DNA from: Ancrocorticia sp.
GTDB lineage: Bacteria; Actinomycetota; Actinomycetes; Actinomycetales; Actinomycetaceae
Direction of reading: 5' to 3'
NCBI GenBank assembly: GCA_047602305.1
Contig: JASGHO010000001.1
Span: forward strand, 3,151,898-3,215,897
DNA: 64,000 nucleotides
A program made the position numbers and the translations under genes. This document shows positions 1-10,961 of the stretch, piece after piece (the first letter of the stretch is position 1; every line of letters begins with the position of its first letter). Under the pieces are notes generated by a model. It was given only the letters and a program-made list of their open reading frames with translations. It did not search any database and was not told the DNA's origin.

Positions 1-268
1 ATCCCTCCCGGAAGAGCAGTTCTTTCTCCGATCCTGCCACCGATCGTCAGGTATATCGAGGGTGCTGATGGATTGGTCCGGAAGTCGTGATCCGGTGACT
101 GGAAAACTCACCCGATCCGGTGACTGGAAACTGGTGACTGGAAAACTAAGTGGCCTCCACAGCGACATCCCCTGCCGAATACGGCACGGGATGTCGCTGT
201 GAAGGCCACCGGGAGATCCTGCCAGTTGGCCGAACCTATTGGCGCAACCTCCTAGCGAGTAGCTTCAA

Positions 269-1429
269 CTAATTCCGCCCGTTGCCCCAGGCGCGGCCAA
301 TGGCGGAGATGACTCCGGCGAGCGCCGCGGCGATGGGCCAGACGATCCAGGAGATTCCCCAGGCATCCCAGCCGAAGCTCCAGATGAAGAACACGAGCAG
401 CGTGAGGGGCCAGAGAACCGCATTTGCCACGCGGATGGGGCGGGGGAATGACTTTTCCACTTCCTCTTCGCTGGGCTCGGGATCGCTGAGGGTATCAGAG
501 ACGGAGGCGGCCCAGTTGGCGGGGAGGAAGATGAACAGTCCGAGAGCCACGATGATCAGAGTGAGTGGTACTCCGACGCCTGGCAGCTGCTCTCCCCAGG
601 CGCCTGCCGATTCGCTCAGCAGGCCGGAGGCGAGGGTGGGAACGGCGGCGAGAATCCACAGCGTGATGGCGATGACCAGTGCTCGGGTACGCCCGCCTTC
701 ATAGAGCGATCGCTGCTCCTCGGCCCAGGCGGTGACGGTCGAGTCGGGTTCGAAACGCCCCTCGTTGATCTCCTCAAAGGTGCGGAATGCCTGCTGGCGC
801 TGCATGATGAGCATGACGCCGAGTGCCACCACCACAAGGAGGATGACGAGGCCAATAAGGGATCCCACTGAATCGCTCACCGGGAATCGAGGATTGCTTC
901 CGAGAACTGAGAGGAAGATGAGGGCCGACGGCGAAACCGTGAAGAGTGCGACCGCAGCGCCCAGCAGGTTGCGGGTACGGAACATTGCCTCCGAGTAGGC
1001 CATCGCCTCCTGCATCGTGATGGTCGGATAGGAGGAATGTGACGGGTTTGCATAGGCAAATTCGTCGTAGCTCGATCCGGCAGCACCGTAAGTCCCGCCA
1101 CCGTAAGTCCCAGTACTGCCGTAACCGCCATACGAATCCGCCGGAGAAAACCCTCCCGCAGGGGAAGTCGAGCCGGCTTCGGGGTAGGGTGGCGGCGCCG
1201 TCGTCGGGCGAATATCGGAAGCAATTCCCAGCACCGGGGCGAGTTCGTCAAGGTTTCCGAACTCGGTGATGACCTTGCCCACGGCCTCGTTGTTGGAGCG
1301 TCCGGCCGCGATGGCTTCGTTGTAGGCGTCCTCCATCATTCCGCGGAGATCTTCCTTGGCTTCAAGAAGTCGGGGAGTCTGCGGGTAGGGCGAGAACATG
1401 GTCTCCAGATAGGCATTGATGACGTCCAT
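269..1429 (-). CDS. Membrane protein with N-terminal permease-prefix domain (PadR-associated)
   Basis: N-terminus 'INAYLETMF...EAKEDLRGMMEDAY...AVGKVITEFG' is typical of permease prefix domain 1; several TM helices; directly downstream of a padR-family gene. Confidence 0.75.
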   Translation of the reverse strand: MDVINAYLETMFSPYPQTPRLLEAKEDLRGMMEDAYNEAIAAGRSNNEAVGKVITEFGNLDELAPVLGIASDIRPTTAPPPYPEAGSTSPAGGFSPADSYGGYGSTGTYGGGTYGAAGSSYDEFAYANPSHSSYPTITMQEAMAYSEAMFRTRNLLGAAVALFTVSPSALIFLSVLGSNPRFPVSDSVGSLIGLVILLVVVALGVMLIMQRQQAFRTFEEINEGRFEPDSTVTAWAEEQRSLYEGGRTRALVIAITLWILAAVPTLASGLLSESAGAWGEQLPGVGVPLTLIIVALGLFIFLPANWAASVSDTLSDPEPSEEEVEKSFPRPIRVANAVLWPLTLLVFFIWSFGWDAWGISWIVWPIAAALAGVISAIGRAWGNGRN

Positions 1430-1759
1430 TTAGAGGATTCCCTTCACAAAGCGGTCAACGACAGATTTTGTCGCTTCCCATTCCTGGCACTTGGAGACGA
1501 GGCCATCGTCGCCAACAGGAGTAAGTTGATAATACGTTCGTTGTTTTCCGGACTCCGAGACGCCGGGGAAAGATTCCACCCAGCCGCTTGTCTCGAGCCG
1601 CTTGACTGCTGAATACAGTGTGGTCTGTTTGATGTTGTACTGCCCATCCGAAAGCTCGCCGATGGTTTTGGCTAGCTCGTAGGCGTAGGAGGGGCGTCCC
1701 CGCAGGATCGACAGGATCATGATGTCGATGTAGCCGCGGATTGCGTCTGCGCTGATCAT
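1430..1759 (-). CDS. PadR family transcriptional regulator
   Basis: 'ILSIL..RPSYAYEL...IKQTTLYSAVKRLE..GWV...RTYYQLT' PadR winged-helix signature. Confidence 0.92.
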   Translation of the reverse strand: MISADAIRGYIDIMILSILRGRPSYAYELAKTIGELSDGQYNIKQTTLYSAVKRLETSGWVESFPGVSESGKQRTYYQLTPVGDDGLVSKCQEWEATKSVVDRFVKGIL

Positions 1760-1787
1760 GTTCCTCCTTCCGGTTGTCTACGTTCAG

Positions 1788-1810
1788 CGTACTACGTCAG
1801 ACGTAGTACG
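1788..1810. promoter_or_regulatory. Perfect 10-bp-arm palindrome upstream of padR; candidate PadR operator
   Basis: CGTACTACGT-CAG-ACGTAGTACG between divergent padR and HAD genes. Confidence 0.6.
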
Positions 1811-1883
1811 TCTAGTGGAGCGTAGTGAACATCTCTGGGATATTTCCGCAGACCCTTCTAGGATGGTCGGGTGCATCGACAAG

Positions 1884-2723
1884 ATGCCAAGAAAGGACAT
1901 GCGCGCAGTGGACTCTGCTAAGAACAGGTACGTGCCGGGAAAGAAGCTGATCTTCCTGGACTTTGATGGAACGCTCTCCGATTGGGAAGGAGTTCCACCC
2001 GGGCATGTGCGGGCGTTGCAGGAGTTGCAGGCCAATGGCCACCTTGTGTTTTTGTGCACGGGCCGTCCCCTCAGCGGGGTGAACGAGGACGTCCGAGCCC
2101 TGGGCTTCGACGGGCTCGTGTGTGCGGCGGGCGGCTTCGTCTTCATTGACGGCCAGATTCTTGCCGACAGGCGCTTTGATCAGGACGTGGCCACTCGCGC
2201 CGTCGACCTTCTCAATGAGCACGACGGCATCTACATCCTCGAGTCACCGAATCACGTGTACGTGCGGGCCGAGGCCGAAGCGCCCCTGCGCAGACTGTTC
2301 CGAACGCACTTGGACATGCTGGAGCGGCTCCGAGTCCGCGACGACCTCCACGGAGTGTCCTTCAGCAAGATCACCGTGATCCACTCGAAAGCACGGATCG
2401 TTGACCTCGCGCGGGAGATCGGTGACGCCGTCCAGGCCCTGCCCAGCTCCATTCAGGATCGGGGAGAGTCCTCGGGCGAGATCCAGCCGAGCGATGTGAA
2501 CAAGGCGGTGGGGATCGACGTCGTCGTCGACTATCTGGGTGCCGATCTGGCGGACACCATCGCCTGTGGCGACGGGCTGAACGACGTCGAGATGCTGGCC
2601 CATGCCGGAGTTGGGGTGGCCGTTGGTTCGGACCAGCGCGTGCTCGACGTGGCCGACATGGCCGTTCCGGGCCCGGAGAAGGAGGGCCTGCGCGTCGCCT
2701 TCTCCGAACTGGGCCTAATCTGA
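1884..2723 (+). CDS. Cof-type HAD-IIB family hydrolase
   Basis: Motif I 'FLDFDGTL', motif II 'LCTGR', motif IV 'CGDGLNDVEML'; start uncertain (ORF open from 1758). Confidence 0.9.
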   Translation: MPRKDMRAVDSAKNRYVPGKKLIFLDFDGTLSDWEGVPPGHVRALQELQANGHLVFLCTGRPLSGVNEDVRALGFDGLVCAAGGFVFIDGQILADRRFDQDVATRAVDLLNEHDGIYILESPNHVYVRAEAEAPLRRLFRTHLDMLERLRVRDDLHGVSFSKITVIHSKARIVDLAREIGDAVQALPSSIQDRGESSGEIQPSDVNKAVGIDVVVDYLGADLADTIACGDGLNDVEMLAHAGVGVAVGSDQRVLDVADMAVPGPEKEGLRVAFSELGLI

Positions 2724-2794
2724 TCTGGCCGATCTAGTTTGGACGGGGTGGCCCGGCTGGTTTGGCTGGGCCGCCCCGGTCCAGTTCGACGTAT

Positions 2795-3076
2795 CTACTC
2801 CGCGTAGAGCCCGAGTGCGATGATCTTCTCGCGAAGTTCGGCGTCACTCGGCTCCACCTGGAAGGTACCGTCCGAGAAATGAACCACCGGGATGCGCATC
2901 TGGCCGCTGATCTCCTGGGCCCTCTGCGGCGCACCTTCTTCGGTTTCCAGGTCGTGATAGGTGTAGGCGACGCCGAGATTGTCCAGCAGTTTCTTGGACC
3001 TGCGGCAGTCTCGGCACCACAGCGCACTGTAGAAATCGATCGTTGCGGTTGTTCCGTCCGGCGCTTTTTCACTCAT
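2795..3076 (-). CDS. Glutaredoxin/mycoredoxin-like protein
   Basis: 'WCRDC' CxxC, 'MRIPVVHFSDGT..VEPS' glutaredoxin fold. Confidence 0.85.
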   Translation of the reverse strand: MSEKAPDGTTATIDFYSALWCRDCRRSKKLLDNLGVAYTYHDLETEEGAPQRAQEISGQMRIPVVHFSDGTFQVEPSDAELREKIIALGLYAE

Positions 3077-3348
3077 GGGTTCACCCTATGTGATTGGTTG
3101 GGATATCGGAACGGCGTGAGTCGGCTGAACGCCGGTAGCGAACGTATCCGGTCTTTTTGACGACGACGGCGCCCGCCCGCTCGCCTAAGTCTCGCGTCAC
3201 CTTCGGTGGAGAACTCCCCACCCATATTGTGCTGTGAGCAGACCCCGGGTTACGGTGCCTCGTCCATCTCCACTAGAATGACTACAGAACATTGCTCTGT
3301 AGTTTTGCTCTGCAGTGCTCGACCGTGCTCATCCGCCTAGGAGGAATT

Positions 3349-4224
3349 TTGAGCAACAACCCAGTCATGAACCGCAATCCCTATTTCAGTGGGAACGCGA
3401 CTACCCCCACGATGCCGCAGCAGGCCCCTTATGGTCAGCAGTACGGGGCGCCGAATTCGCAGCAGTTCGCTCCGCCGCCGCCCCAGGGTTACTACCCTGA
3501 CCAGCAGGCCCAGCAGTACGCTCCTGCGCAGGGTGCTTTTGAACCGCAGGCCCGCTCCGGTGGCATGACGTACGACGACGCCATGGTCAAGACCTTGATC
3601 CTTCTGGCCGTGGCCGTGCTTTCTGGTGCTGGCACCATGGCGTTCCTGCCGCTGGAGATGGTGATGCCGGTGGCTATCGGCGCCTCCCTCGCAGCCTTCG
3701 TGCTCGGTATGGTGGCCGCCTTCCAGCGTATGGTCAAGCCTATCTTCGCGATTGGCTACGCACTGCTTGAGGGCATCGCCCTCGGCGCTCTGACCGGCGC
3801 CCTGAATTTCTTCTACCCGGGCGTCGCCATTCAGGCGGTTCTCGGAACCGCGGTTGTTGTGGGCGTTGCTGTGGCTTTGCACATGTCTGGCACCGTCCGG
3901 ACAACACCCCGTGGCCGCAAGATCGTCATGGTGGTGCTGATCTCCTACATGATCTTCGGCATCCTCAACATGGTTCTCGTCTGGACCGGCGTGATGAGCG
4001 GCTTCGGTATGCGCAGTGGCTCCTTCGGGATCCTCCTTGGTCTCGTCATCATCGCGGTGGCTGGCTACATGCTGATCGGCGATCTTGAGACCGTCAAGCT
4101 TGCGGTTGCCAATGGTGCTCCCAAGGAGTTCGCATGGACCTGCGCCTTCGGAATCGTCATGACGATCCTGTGGATCTACGTTGAGGTCCTGCGCATCGCC
4201 GCCATCCTGGCATCGGATCGATAG
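3349..4224 (+). CDS. Bax inhibitor-1/YccA family membrane protein
   Basis: 'MTYDDAMVKT', seven TM segments, C-terminal 'GIVMTILWIYVEVLRI'; TTG start after AGGAGG. Confidence 0.88.
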   Translation: MSNNPVMNRNPYFSGNATTPTMPQQAPYGQQYGAPNSQQFAPPPPQGYYPDQQAQQYAPAQGAFEPQARSGGMTYDDAMVKTLILLAVAVLSGAGTMAFLPLEMVMPVAIGASLAAFVLGMVAAFQRMVKPIFAIGYALLEGIALGALTGALNFFYPGVAIQAVLGTAVVVGVAVALHMSGTVRTTPRGRKIVMVVLISYMIFGILNMVLVWTGVMSGFGMRSGSFGILLGLVIIAVAGYMLIGDLETVKLAVANGAPKEFAWTCAFGIVMTILWIYVEVLRIAAILASDR

Positions 4225-4264
4225 TCAGAGGTTGCGCCAATCGGTTCGTGAAGAACCGAGAAGA

Positions 4265-4312
4265 ACAATAACGAAGGGGACATCCGGTTGCGGATGTCCC
4301 CTTCGTTATTGT
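4265..4312. terminator. Bidirectional intrinsic terminator
   Basis: Perfect 22-bp stem with GTTG loop between convergent yccA-like and FKBP genes. Confidence 0.8.
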
Positions 4313-4324
4313 GGTCGGTTTCGA

Positions 4325-4729
4325 CTACTTCATTCCCAGAACGTCGACGACGAACACGAGCGTATCGGTGCCCTTGATGCCGGCTCCGGGGTGGCCATTA
4401 CGGCCATAGCCCTTCTCCGGCGGGATGGAGATGAGCAGGCGCGAACCGACGTTCTTACCCACGATGCCCTGATCCCAGCCCTGGATGACCATGCCGACCC
4501 CGATCGGGAAGGATGCCGGAGCGCCACGAAGGAAGGAGGAGTCGAAGAGTCCGCCGCCCCAGATCTGGCCGTGGTAGTTGACTTCGATCTCGCGGCCAGC
4601 CTGAACGGTGGGGCCGCTGCCTTCCTTGAGCACGGAGACGTGCAGACCGCTGGGAGCGGGGCTCTCCGGGAATGTGAGTACCGGGTTCTCTCCGAACTCG
4701 CCGGTGACCTCGGGAAGTGTGACTGCCAT
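4325..4729 (-). CDS. FKBP-type peptidyl-prolyl cis-trans isomerase
   Basis: 'VNYHGQIW...FDSSF...VIQGWDQG...IPPEKGYG...TLVFVVD'. Confidence 0.93.
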   Translation of the reverse strand: MAVTLPEVTGEFGENPVLTFPESPAPSGLHVSVLKEGSGPTVQAGREIEVNYHGQIWGGGLFDSSFLRGAPASFPIGVGMVIQGWDQGIVGKNVGSRLLISIPPEKGYGRNGHPGAGIKGTDTLVFVVDVLGMK

Positions 4730-5007
4730 GAAAATCCTCTCGTAGATGATTCCTCAAGTTTAAACGCAGGTGCTTGATAGTGAGCACTGGGTTCTCGCAG
4801 GGGAGAGTTTTATGCGCGGGTAACGAATTGTGGTTCTCGTTCAGGCAAGATTCTTGTGCTTGCCCAGGTAAGACTCTTGTGCTCCTCGTCGGCTCTCGAG
4901 TACTCTCGTTCCTCTGGTCTCGCATCAGCGAGAACGGAGTACTAGAGATCCCACTCCATGGGCTACGGCCTGAGAGTGGAGCCTCTCGACGAGACAAGGC
5001 GGGCACT

Positions 5008-7392
5008 TTGCACACTCAGACAAGCGACAACCTCCTGCCCCTCGCCGATCGTCACGACACCATCAGGGTGCGTGGAGCGCGCGAGAACAATCTGAAGAAC
5101 ATCAGCGTGGACATTCCCAAACGCCGTCTGACGGTGTTTACCGGGGTCTCGGGCTCGGGAAAGAGCTCGCTGGTGTTTGACACCATCGCCGCTGAGTCCC
5201 AGCGCATGATCAATGAAACCTATTCGGCATTCGTCCAGGGCTTCATGCCCACTCTTGATCGTCCCGAAGTGGATCACCTGGAAGGGATTACCACGGCGAT
5301 CATCGTGGACCAGGAGCGGATGGGAGCCAACCCTCGCTCCACCGTGGGAACCGCCACCGATGTGTATGCGATGCTGCGCATCCTCTTCTCCCGCCTCGGA
5401 AAGCCCTATTACGGTCCGCCGCCGGCGTTCTCCTTCAACGTTCCCACGGTGAGCGGCACCGGCGCTTTCAAGGTGGATCGCGGGGACAAGACCCAGCCCA
5501 TGAAGAAGAGCTTCGTCTCTCTCGGTGGCATGTGCCCCGAGTGTGAAGGCATGGGCCGCGTCAACGATATCGACCTCACCGAGGTCTACGACGCCACGAA
5601 GTCGCTCAACGAGGACCCCTTCAAGATTCCGGGATACAAGAAGGACAGCTGGTACTGGAAGATTTACGCCACCTCCGGCCTTCTCGATCCGGACAAGCCG
5701 ATCGAGAAGTACGGCAAGCGGGAACTCCACAATTTGCTCTATGCCGAGACCCAAAAGGTCAAGTTCCAGGACATGAACATCACCTATGAAGGCCTTATCC
5801 CGCGCCTGAAGAAGTCGTTGTTCTCCAAGGAAATCGAATCAATGCAGCCTGCTAGCCGGGCCTTTGTGGAGCGCGCGGTGACATTCAAGACGTGCCCTTC
5901 GTGCGAGGGTACTCGCCTGTGCGAAGGGGCGCGCGCCTCGAAGATTGCTGGCATCTCGATTGCCGACGCCACCTCGATGCAGATCAGCGATCTCGCCGAG
6001 TGGATCAAGGAGATCGAGAATCCGAAGGTGGCGCCGCTGCTCGCCGGACTCACCGACATCCTTGACTCCTTCGTGGACATCGGCCTGGGCTACCTCTCCC
6101 TCAACCGCCCGGCCGGTTCCCTATCCGGCGGCGAGGCTCAGCGCACCAAGATGATCAAGCATCTGGGTAGCTCCCTCACGGATGTCACCTATGTGTTTGA
6201 CGAGCCCACGGTGGGCCTGCATCCGCACGATATTCAGCACATGAACGAGCTGCTCCTCAAGCTGCGGGACAAGGGCAACACGGTGTTGGTGGTAGAGCAC
6301 AAGCCGGAGACCATTGCCATCGCGGACCATGTCATTGACCTTGGCCCGCGCGCCGGTAGTGGCGGCGGCGAGATCTGCTTCGAGGGCAGCGTTGAGGAAC
6401 TGAAGCGGTCGGATACCTTGACCGGCAGGCACTTCGCCGACCGCGTGCAGCTCAAGGATCGCGTCCGCACCGCCACCGACTACCTGCATATCGCCAATGC
6501 CACCACCCACAATCTTCGTAACGTGAGTGTGGATGTTCCTCTCGGCGTGCTCACCGTGGTGACGGGCGTGGCTGGTTCGGGTAAGAGCTCGCTCCTGCAC
6601 GGTTCCCTCCCCAAGGGCAGTGGAGTGATTTCGGTGGACCAGACCGCCATCAAGGGCTCGCGCCGCTCGAACCCCGCCACCTACACCAGCCTGTTGGAGC
6701 CGATCCGTAAGGCATTTGCCAAGGTCAACGGGGTCAAGCCGGCGCTCTTCTCTGCCAACTCCGAGGGCGCCTGCCAGAACTGCAAGGGCGCCGGGCTCAT
6801 CTACACGGATCTCGGAATGATGGCGAGTGTGAGCACCACCTGTGAAGTGTGCGAAGGACGCCGCTTCGAGCCGGACGTACTCAACTATCACTTCGGTGGC
6901 AAGGATATTAGCGAAGTTCTTGAGATGCCGATTGATGAGGCGCTCGAATTCTTCTCCGCCGGTGAGAGCAAGATTCTGGCGGCTCAGAAGATTTTGCAGC
7001 GTCTCCACGATGTTGGTCTCGGCTACCTCAGCTTGGGCCAGCTACTCACTACCCTCTCTGGAGGCGAGCGCCAGCGCCTCAAGTTGGCCACTCACATGGC
7101 CGAGAAGGGTGGGATCTACGTGCTTGATGAGCCGACGACGGGCCTCCACCTCGCCGACGTCGAGCAACTGCTTGGACTCCTCGATCACCTCGTGGATTCG
7201 GGCAAGTCCGTTATCGTCATTGAACATCACCAGGCTGTCATGGCCCACGCCGATTGGATCATCGACATGGGTCCGGGAGCCGGGCGTGACGGTGGCCAGG
7301 TGATCTTCGAGGGAACACCAGCCCAGCTGGTGGCCGAGCATTCCACTCGAACTGGTGAGTACCTGGCGCGTTACGTGGGAGCTGCCAAGTAG
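5008..7392 (+). CDS. Class II UvrA-like ABC ATPase (UvrA2/DrrC-like)
   Basis: Two Walker A ([18 protein letters not shown]), two LSGGE signatures, zinc fingers; about 800 aa, shorter than canonical UvrA; start uncertain. Confidence 0.88.
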   Translation: MHTQTSDNLLPLADRHDTIRVRGARENNLKNISVDIPKRRLTVFTGVSGSGKSSLVFDTIAAESQRMINETYSAFVQGFMPTLDRPEVDHLEGITTAIIVDQERMGANPRSTVGTATDVYAMLRILFSRLGKPYYGPPPAFSFNVPTVSGTGAFKVDRGDKTQPMKKSFVSLGGMCPECEGMGRVNDIDLTEVYDATKSLNEDPFKIPGYKKDSWYWKIYATSGLLDPDKPIEKYGKRELHNLLYAETQKVKFQDMNITYEGLIPRLKKSLFSKEIESMQPASRAFVERAVTFKTCPSCEGTRLCEGARASKIAGISIADATSMQISDLAEWIKEIENPKVAPLLAGLTDILDSFVDIGLGYLSLNRPAGSLSGGEAQRTKMIKHLGSSLTDVTYVFDEPTVGLHPHDIQHMNELLLKLRDKGNTVLVVEHKPETIAIADHVIDLGPRAGSGGGEICFEGSVEELKRSDTLTGRHFADRVQLKDRVRTATDYLHIANATTHNLRNVSVDVPLGVLTVVTGVAGSGKSSLLHGSLPKGSGVISVDQTAIKGSRRSNPATYTSLLEPIRKAFAKVNGVKPALFSANSEGACQNCKGAGLIYTDLGMMASVSTTCEVCEGRRFEPDVLNYHFGGKDISEVLEMPIDEALEFFSAGESKILAAQKILQRLHDVGLGYLSLGQLLTTLSGGERQRLKLATHMAEKGGIYVLDEPTTGLHLADVEQLLGLLDHLVDSGKSVIVIEHHQAVMAHADWIIDMGPGAGRDGGQVIFEGTPAQLVAEHSTRTGEYLARYVGAAK

Positions 7393-7399
7393 AAATTAG

Positions 7400-7446
7400 A
7401 GTGGGCACCTGGTCACTCGGCGATGTGGAGTGACCAGGTGCCCACT
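7400..7446 (+). terminator. Stem-loop after uvrA-like gene
   Basis: 19-bp perfect arms AGTGGGCACCTGGTCACTC / GAGTGACCAGGTGCCCACT. Confidence 0.7.
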
Positions 7447-7638
7447 TGTGTCATTTCGGTGCTGTTGAGCAAGAGGATTCGCCAGTAGTTTTGGCGTTGA
7501 CGAGCGAGGCACGGCTTTTTTCTGGCAACGCACTCACTAACAAACGAAAGGGACCGACGACGACGTATGGTGGCGTCGTCGTCGGTCCACTTTATGTCTC
7601 GCGCCGGTAGTTGCCCGACGCGTTGAATGTGTGACGGG

Positions 7639-8319
7639 CTACTTGGCGGTGCCGAGCGGACCCGAACCCGGTAATGGGCAGGCAACTCCTGTGCGGGCGT
7701 GGCACTGGTAGCCGTTCGGGTTCTTCTCCAGATACTGCTGCTGGTAATCCTCGGCTGGGTAGAAGGGGCCGGAGACCAGAACCGAGAGTACCTGGGTGAC
7801 AATCTCGCCGTGTCCGGCTTCGTTGAGAGCCTTCTGATAGCCCTCGACCATCGCGTGTGCGATATCTTCCTGGGACTGGGTGGTGGTGAAGATGGCCGAG
7901 CGATACTGGGCGCCGACGTCTCCACCTTGACGGTTGAGACTCGTTGGATCGTGCGATTCAAAGAAGGCTTGCAAGAGCTTCTCGGTGCTCAGCTTCGAGG
8001 GAGTGTAGAGAACGCGGACGGTCTCAGCATGCCCGGTGAGCCCGGTGCACACCTCCTCGTAGGTGGGATTCGGTGTGAATCCACCCATGTAACCGGCAGC
8101 GGTGGCGTCCGCCCCCAGCTCCCACGCCAGCTTTTCAGCTCCCCAGAAACAGCCCGAGGCAAGGTAGATGACTTCCTGGCCCTCCTGAGGATCGGCAAGG
8201 ATGTTGGTTCCCAGAACGGGATGGGGGCGCGGGTCAGACAGAATCGGCGTATCGCGGCCCGGAAGAGCGTCCTCCAGAGCGACCATCTTTGACTTTTCTG
8301 ATTCTTCCCAAATGAACAT
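7639..8319 (-). CDS. msrA: Peptide-methionine (S)-S-oxide reductase
   Basis: 'GCFWGAE' active site, 'TGHAETV', 'GAQYRSAIF', 'AEDYQQQY'. Confidence 0.95.
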   Translation of the reverse strand: MFIWEESEKSKMVALEDALPGRDTPILSDPRPHPVLGTNILADPQEGQEVIYLASGCFWGAEKLAWELGADATAAGYMGGFTPNPTYEEVCTGLTGHAETVRVLYTPSKLSTEKLLQAFFESHDPTSLNRQGGDVGAQYRSAIFTTTQSQEDIAHAMVEGYQKALNEAGHGEIVTQVLSVLVSGPFYPAEDYQQQYLEKNPNGYQCHARTGVACPLPGSGPLGTAK

Positions 8320-8328
8320 GGTAGCTAC

Positions 8329-8817
8329 TCAGCCTTCAAATGCTTCGATCTTGATAACTTCAACGGGAATGCTACGGCCGTTGGGGGCCTTGAACGAGGT
8401 CTTGTCACCAGCCTTGAGACCCATGATGGCCTTACCCAGCGGCGCGCCCTCCGGGTAAACCTCGATGCCCTCAATATCCTCAGCGGCCTCGCGCGAGCCA
8501 AGAAGGAAACGCTCCTCCATCCCGGCGATGGAAGCAGTAATGATGGTGCCGGGGCCAACGGCCTCTGCGCTCGGCGGCTCGGAGACGTGAGCGTTCTCCA
8601 GCAGGTAGGTCAGCTCGCGAATGCGTCCCTCAAGCTTCGACTGCTCTTCGCGGGCGGCCTGGTATCCGCCATTCTCGCGGAGGTCACCCTCGGAGCGCGC
8701 GGCTTCAATCTTCTGAGCGATTTCTGCGCGGCGAACCGTGGTCATCTCTTCCAGCTGGGCCTGCAGGCGGGCGAACGAAGCCGGTGAGAGCCAAGTACCC
8801 TGAGTGTCCTCTGCCAT
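8329..8817 (-). CDS. greA: Transcription elongation factor GreA
   Basis: 'EGDLRENGGYQAAREEQ..LEGRI..L', 'PLGKAIMG'; ATG after AAAGGAG. Confidence 0.96.
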   Translation of the reverse strand: MAEDTQGTWLSPASFARLQAQLEEMTTVRRAEIAQKIEAARSEGDLRENGGYQAAREEQSKLEGRIRELTYLLENAHVSEPPSAEAVGPGTIITASIAGMEERFLLGSREAAEDIEGIEVYPEGAPLGKAIMGLKAGDKTSFKAPNGRSIPVEVIKIEAFEG

Positions 8818-9022
8818 AGGATGCTCCTTTGACGTTGTGGGGCCGCTCATGCGGCACCTAAGCAAAAGAATCATGCCCGCAGCGACGGGCATGCTGTTCT
8901 GCTGGCTACGATACCAGCGGAGAAGTATTTTATTAACCGGACCTATTGCGCGGCCAGTGAACGGGGCTTCTCGCACCACATCCTAGCGGATGACTCCGGA
9001 TTGGGGGTGGGTCATCGCCCGA

Positions 9023-9145
9023 AGTGAAGGGTTTGTACACCAGGTGCAGGGTTTGTACACCAGGTGCAGAGATCTGACGCCAAGTGAGGGGTTTGTGCAC
9101 GACACCCCGGCAAAAAACCGCGATTTTGTGTACAAACCCCTCACT
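9023..9145. repeat. Intergenic repeat cluster (AGTGARGGGTTTGTRCAC x3 plus one inverted copy)
   Basis: 20-bp tandem unit AGGGTTTGTACACCAGGTGC x2 (9028-9067), third copy 9083-9100, inverted copy 9128-9145. Confidence 0.8.
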
Positions 9146-9157
9146 TTGTGGAACGTC

Positions 9158-9886
9158 TTACGCGACGCTCATCACCGCCATCCACACGGCCACCGCGTGG
9201 CACGAGTATCCGACAAGCGTTCCGGTGTGGAAGAACTCATGGAATCCCCACACTCGCGGCCACGGGTTGGGCCAGCGCAGTCCGTAGCACACAGCGCCCA
9301 ACGTGTAAGCGATACCTCCGGCGATGATCAGCCACACGATCGAGGGGCTGCCCGTCTCCCAGAAGGTGGGAAGGAACCATACGGCTACCCAGCCCAAAGC
9401 AACGTACATGGGCGTGTACAGCCAGCGTGGCGCCGTCGGCTTGAACACCGAAAGAAGAATGCCTCCCAAGGCACCCGACCACACAATCGTGAGAACGAGG
9501 GCTGCCGTTCGGCCCGGCAACAGGGCGACAGACAGCGGCGTGTAGGTCCCGGCAATGAGCAGGAAGATATTCGAGTGGTCGATGCGGCGAAGGATCGAAT
9601 GGACCTTCACGGACCAACGCCCCAGGTGATAAACCGCAGAGTTTCCGAAGAGAACAACGGCAGAGATGCCAAACACCACGCACATCGCACGCAAGGTGGT
9701 TGTGGGAGCCATGACGACGAGAACGATTGAGTTGGCCAACGCCAAAGGGGCCGTGATTGCATGAATCCAGCCGCGTGCCTTCGGCTTGGGCAGTGAATCC
9801 AAGCGCGCCTTACGGCTCGCGATCTTATTGGTGGATGAGGGATGTTCATCCTGTAAGCGTTGTGATTTATCGACAGATGCGGACAT
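9158..9886 (-). CDS. Hemolysin III / PAQR family membrane protein
   Basis: 'KPKARGWIH', 'SAVYH', 'RRIDHSNIFLLIAGTYTP', 'GFHEFFH'. Confidence 0.93.
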   Translation of the reverse strand: MSASVDKSQRLQDEHPSSTNKIASRKARLDSLPKPKARGWIHAITAPLALANSIVLVVMAPTTTLRAMCVVFGISAVVLFGNSAVYHLGRWSVKVHSILRRIDHSNIFLLIAGTYTPLSVALLPGRTAALVLTIVWSGALGGILLSVFKPTAPRWLYTPMYVALGWVAVWFLPTFWETGSPSIVWLIIAGGIAYTLGAVCYGLRWPNPWPRVWGFHEFFHTGTLVGYSCHAVAVWMAVMSVA

Positions 9887-10140
9887 CTCGTGCTCCTCAA
9901 TGGTGACGGTGCCACTCATATTGGCTACTAGCAAGCACTATTCTACGTACCTGTGCGTTCTGTAAGGGAAGAGCCAATGTGGAGAGGTAGGCGAGGTCAC
10001 GCGTAGGTGAGGGGAAATTCGTCGTCGTTGATAAACTTCCGGATAATTTTTGAACTAAAAATAGCGAAACTCCACACGTAATGTCATGATATTGCTCGCG
10101 AACCGCTAATCTGAGGTGACAAAGACGAGAGGGGAGAACC

Positions 10141-10902
10141 GTGAAGGTTCCGTCATTTCTTTATCGGCTCTATGAGCGTCGGCTAATTGGCGGGCTTTCC
10201 TCGACCAAAGTGCCGAATCATGTCGCGATCATGCTTGACGGTAATCGGCGGTGGGCGCGCGAAATCGGCCAACCTGCCGCCTACGGGCACCGAAAAGGCG
10301 CGGACAGGATGTCTGAGTTCCTGGAGTGGTGTGACGAATCCGGGATCAAGATTGTCACGCTCTGGCTACTCTCCACCGACAATCTCAAGCGGGACAAGAA
10401 GGAGCTGCAGGAGCTGGTCGGCATCATTTGCGACGCCGTCGAAACCGTCGCGGCCACCGGTAAATGGCACCTGACCATGGTGGGAAACCTGGGCATGCTT
10501 CCCGAAGTGGAACGCGAGCGGCTGCGCCGGGCCGAGGAGCGGACGCGGGAAGTTGACGGCATGCAGGTCAATATCGCCGTGGGATACGGGGGCCGGCAAG
10601 AGATTACCGACGCCGTCCGTGAGCACCTGCGCGAGGAAGCGGCGGCTGGTCGCAGCATCACTGACGTCGCCGAATCCATCTCACTTGACGACATCACCGA
10701 TCACCTCTACACCAAGGGCCAACCCGACCCCGACCTGGTGATTCGCACCTCCGGCGAACAGCGCATGAGCGGATTCATGCTGTGGCAGTCCGTGCACACG
10801 GAACTCTACTTCTGCGAAGTGTTCTGGCCTGACTTCCGCCGCACCGACTTCCTTCGCGCACTGCGTGACTACGCACAACGCGACCGCAGGTTGGGGCGTT
10901 AG
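10141..10902 (+). CDS. uppS: cis-Isoprenyl transferase (UppS / Z-FPP synthase type)
   Basis: 'HVAIMLDGNRRWA', 'DPDLVIRTSGEQRMSGFMLWQ'. Confidence 0.92.
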   Translation: MKVPSFLYRLYERRLIGGLSSTKVPNHVAIMLDGNRRWAREIGQPAAYGHRKGADRMSEFLEWCDESGIKIVTLWLLSTDNLKRDKKELQELVGIICDAVETVAATGKWHLTMVGNLGMLPEVERERLRRAEERTREVDGMQVNIAVGYGGRQEITDAVREHLREEAAAGRSITDVAESISLDDITDHLYTKGQPDPDLVIRTSGEQRMSGFMLWQSVHTELYFCEVFWPDFRRTDFLRALRDYAQRDRRLGR

Positions 10903-10961
10903 GGACTGGCATTCGAGACTCGGGTGCCAGAACTTGGCCGGTAGGTGCCGGACGTGAGCGG

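Noticed and set aside
4845-4870. Second RAE upstream of the uvrA-like gene
   Set aside because: GGCAAG...CTTGCC has the arms in the opposite order with a 9-nt spacer; not the CTTGC-N-GCAAG geometry.
5008-7392. Canonical nucleotide-excision-repair uvrA
   Set aside because: Too short and appears to lack the UvrB-binding insertion; fits class II UvrA.
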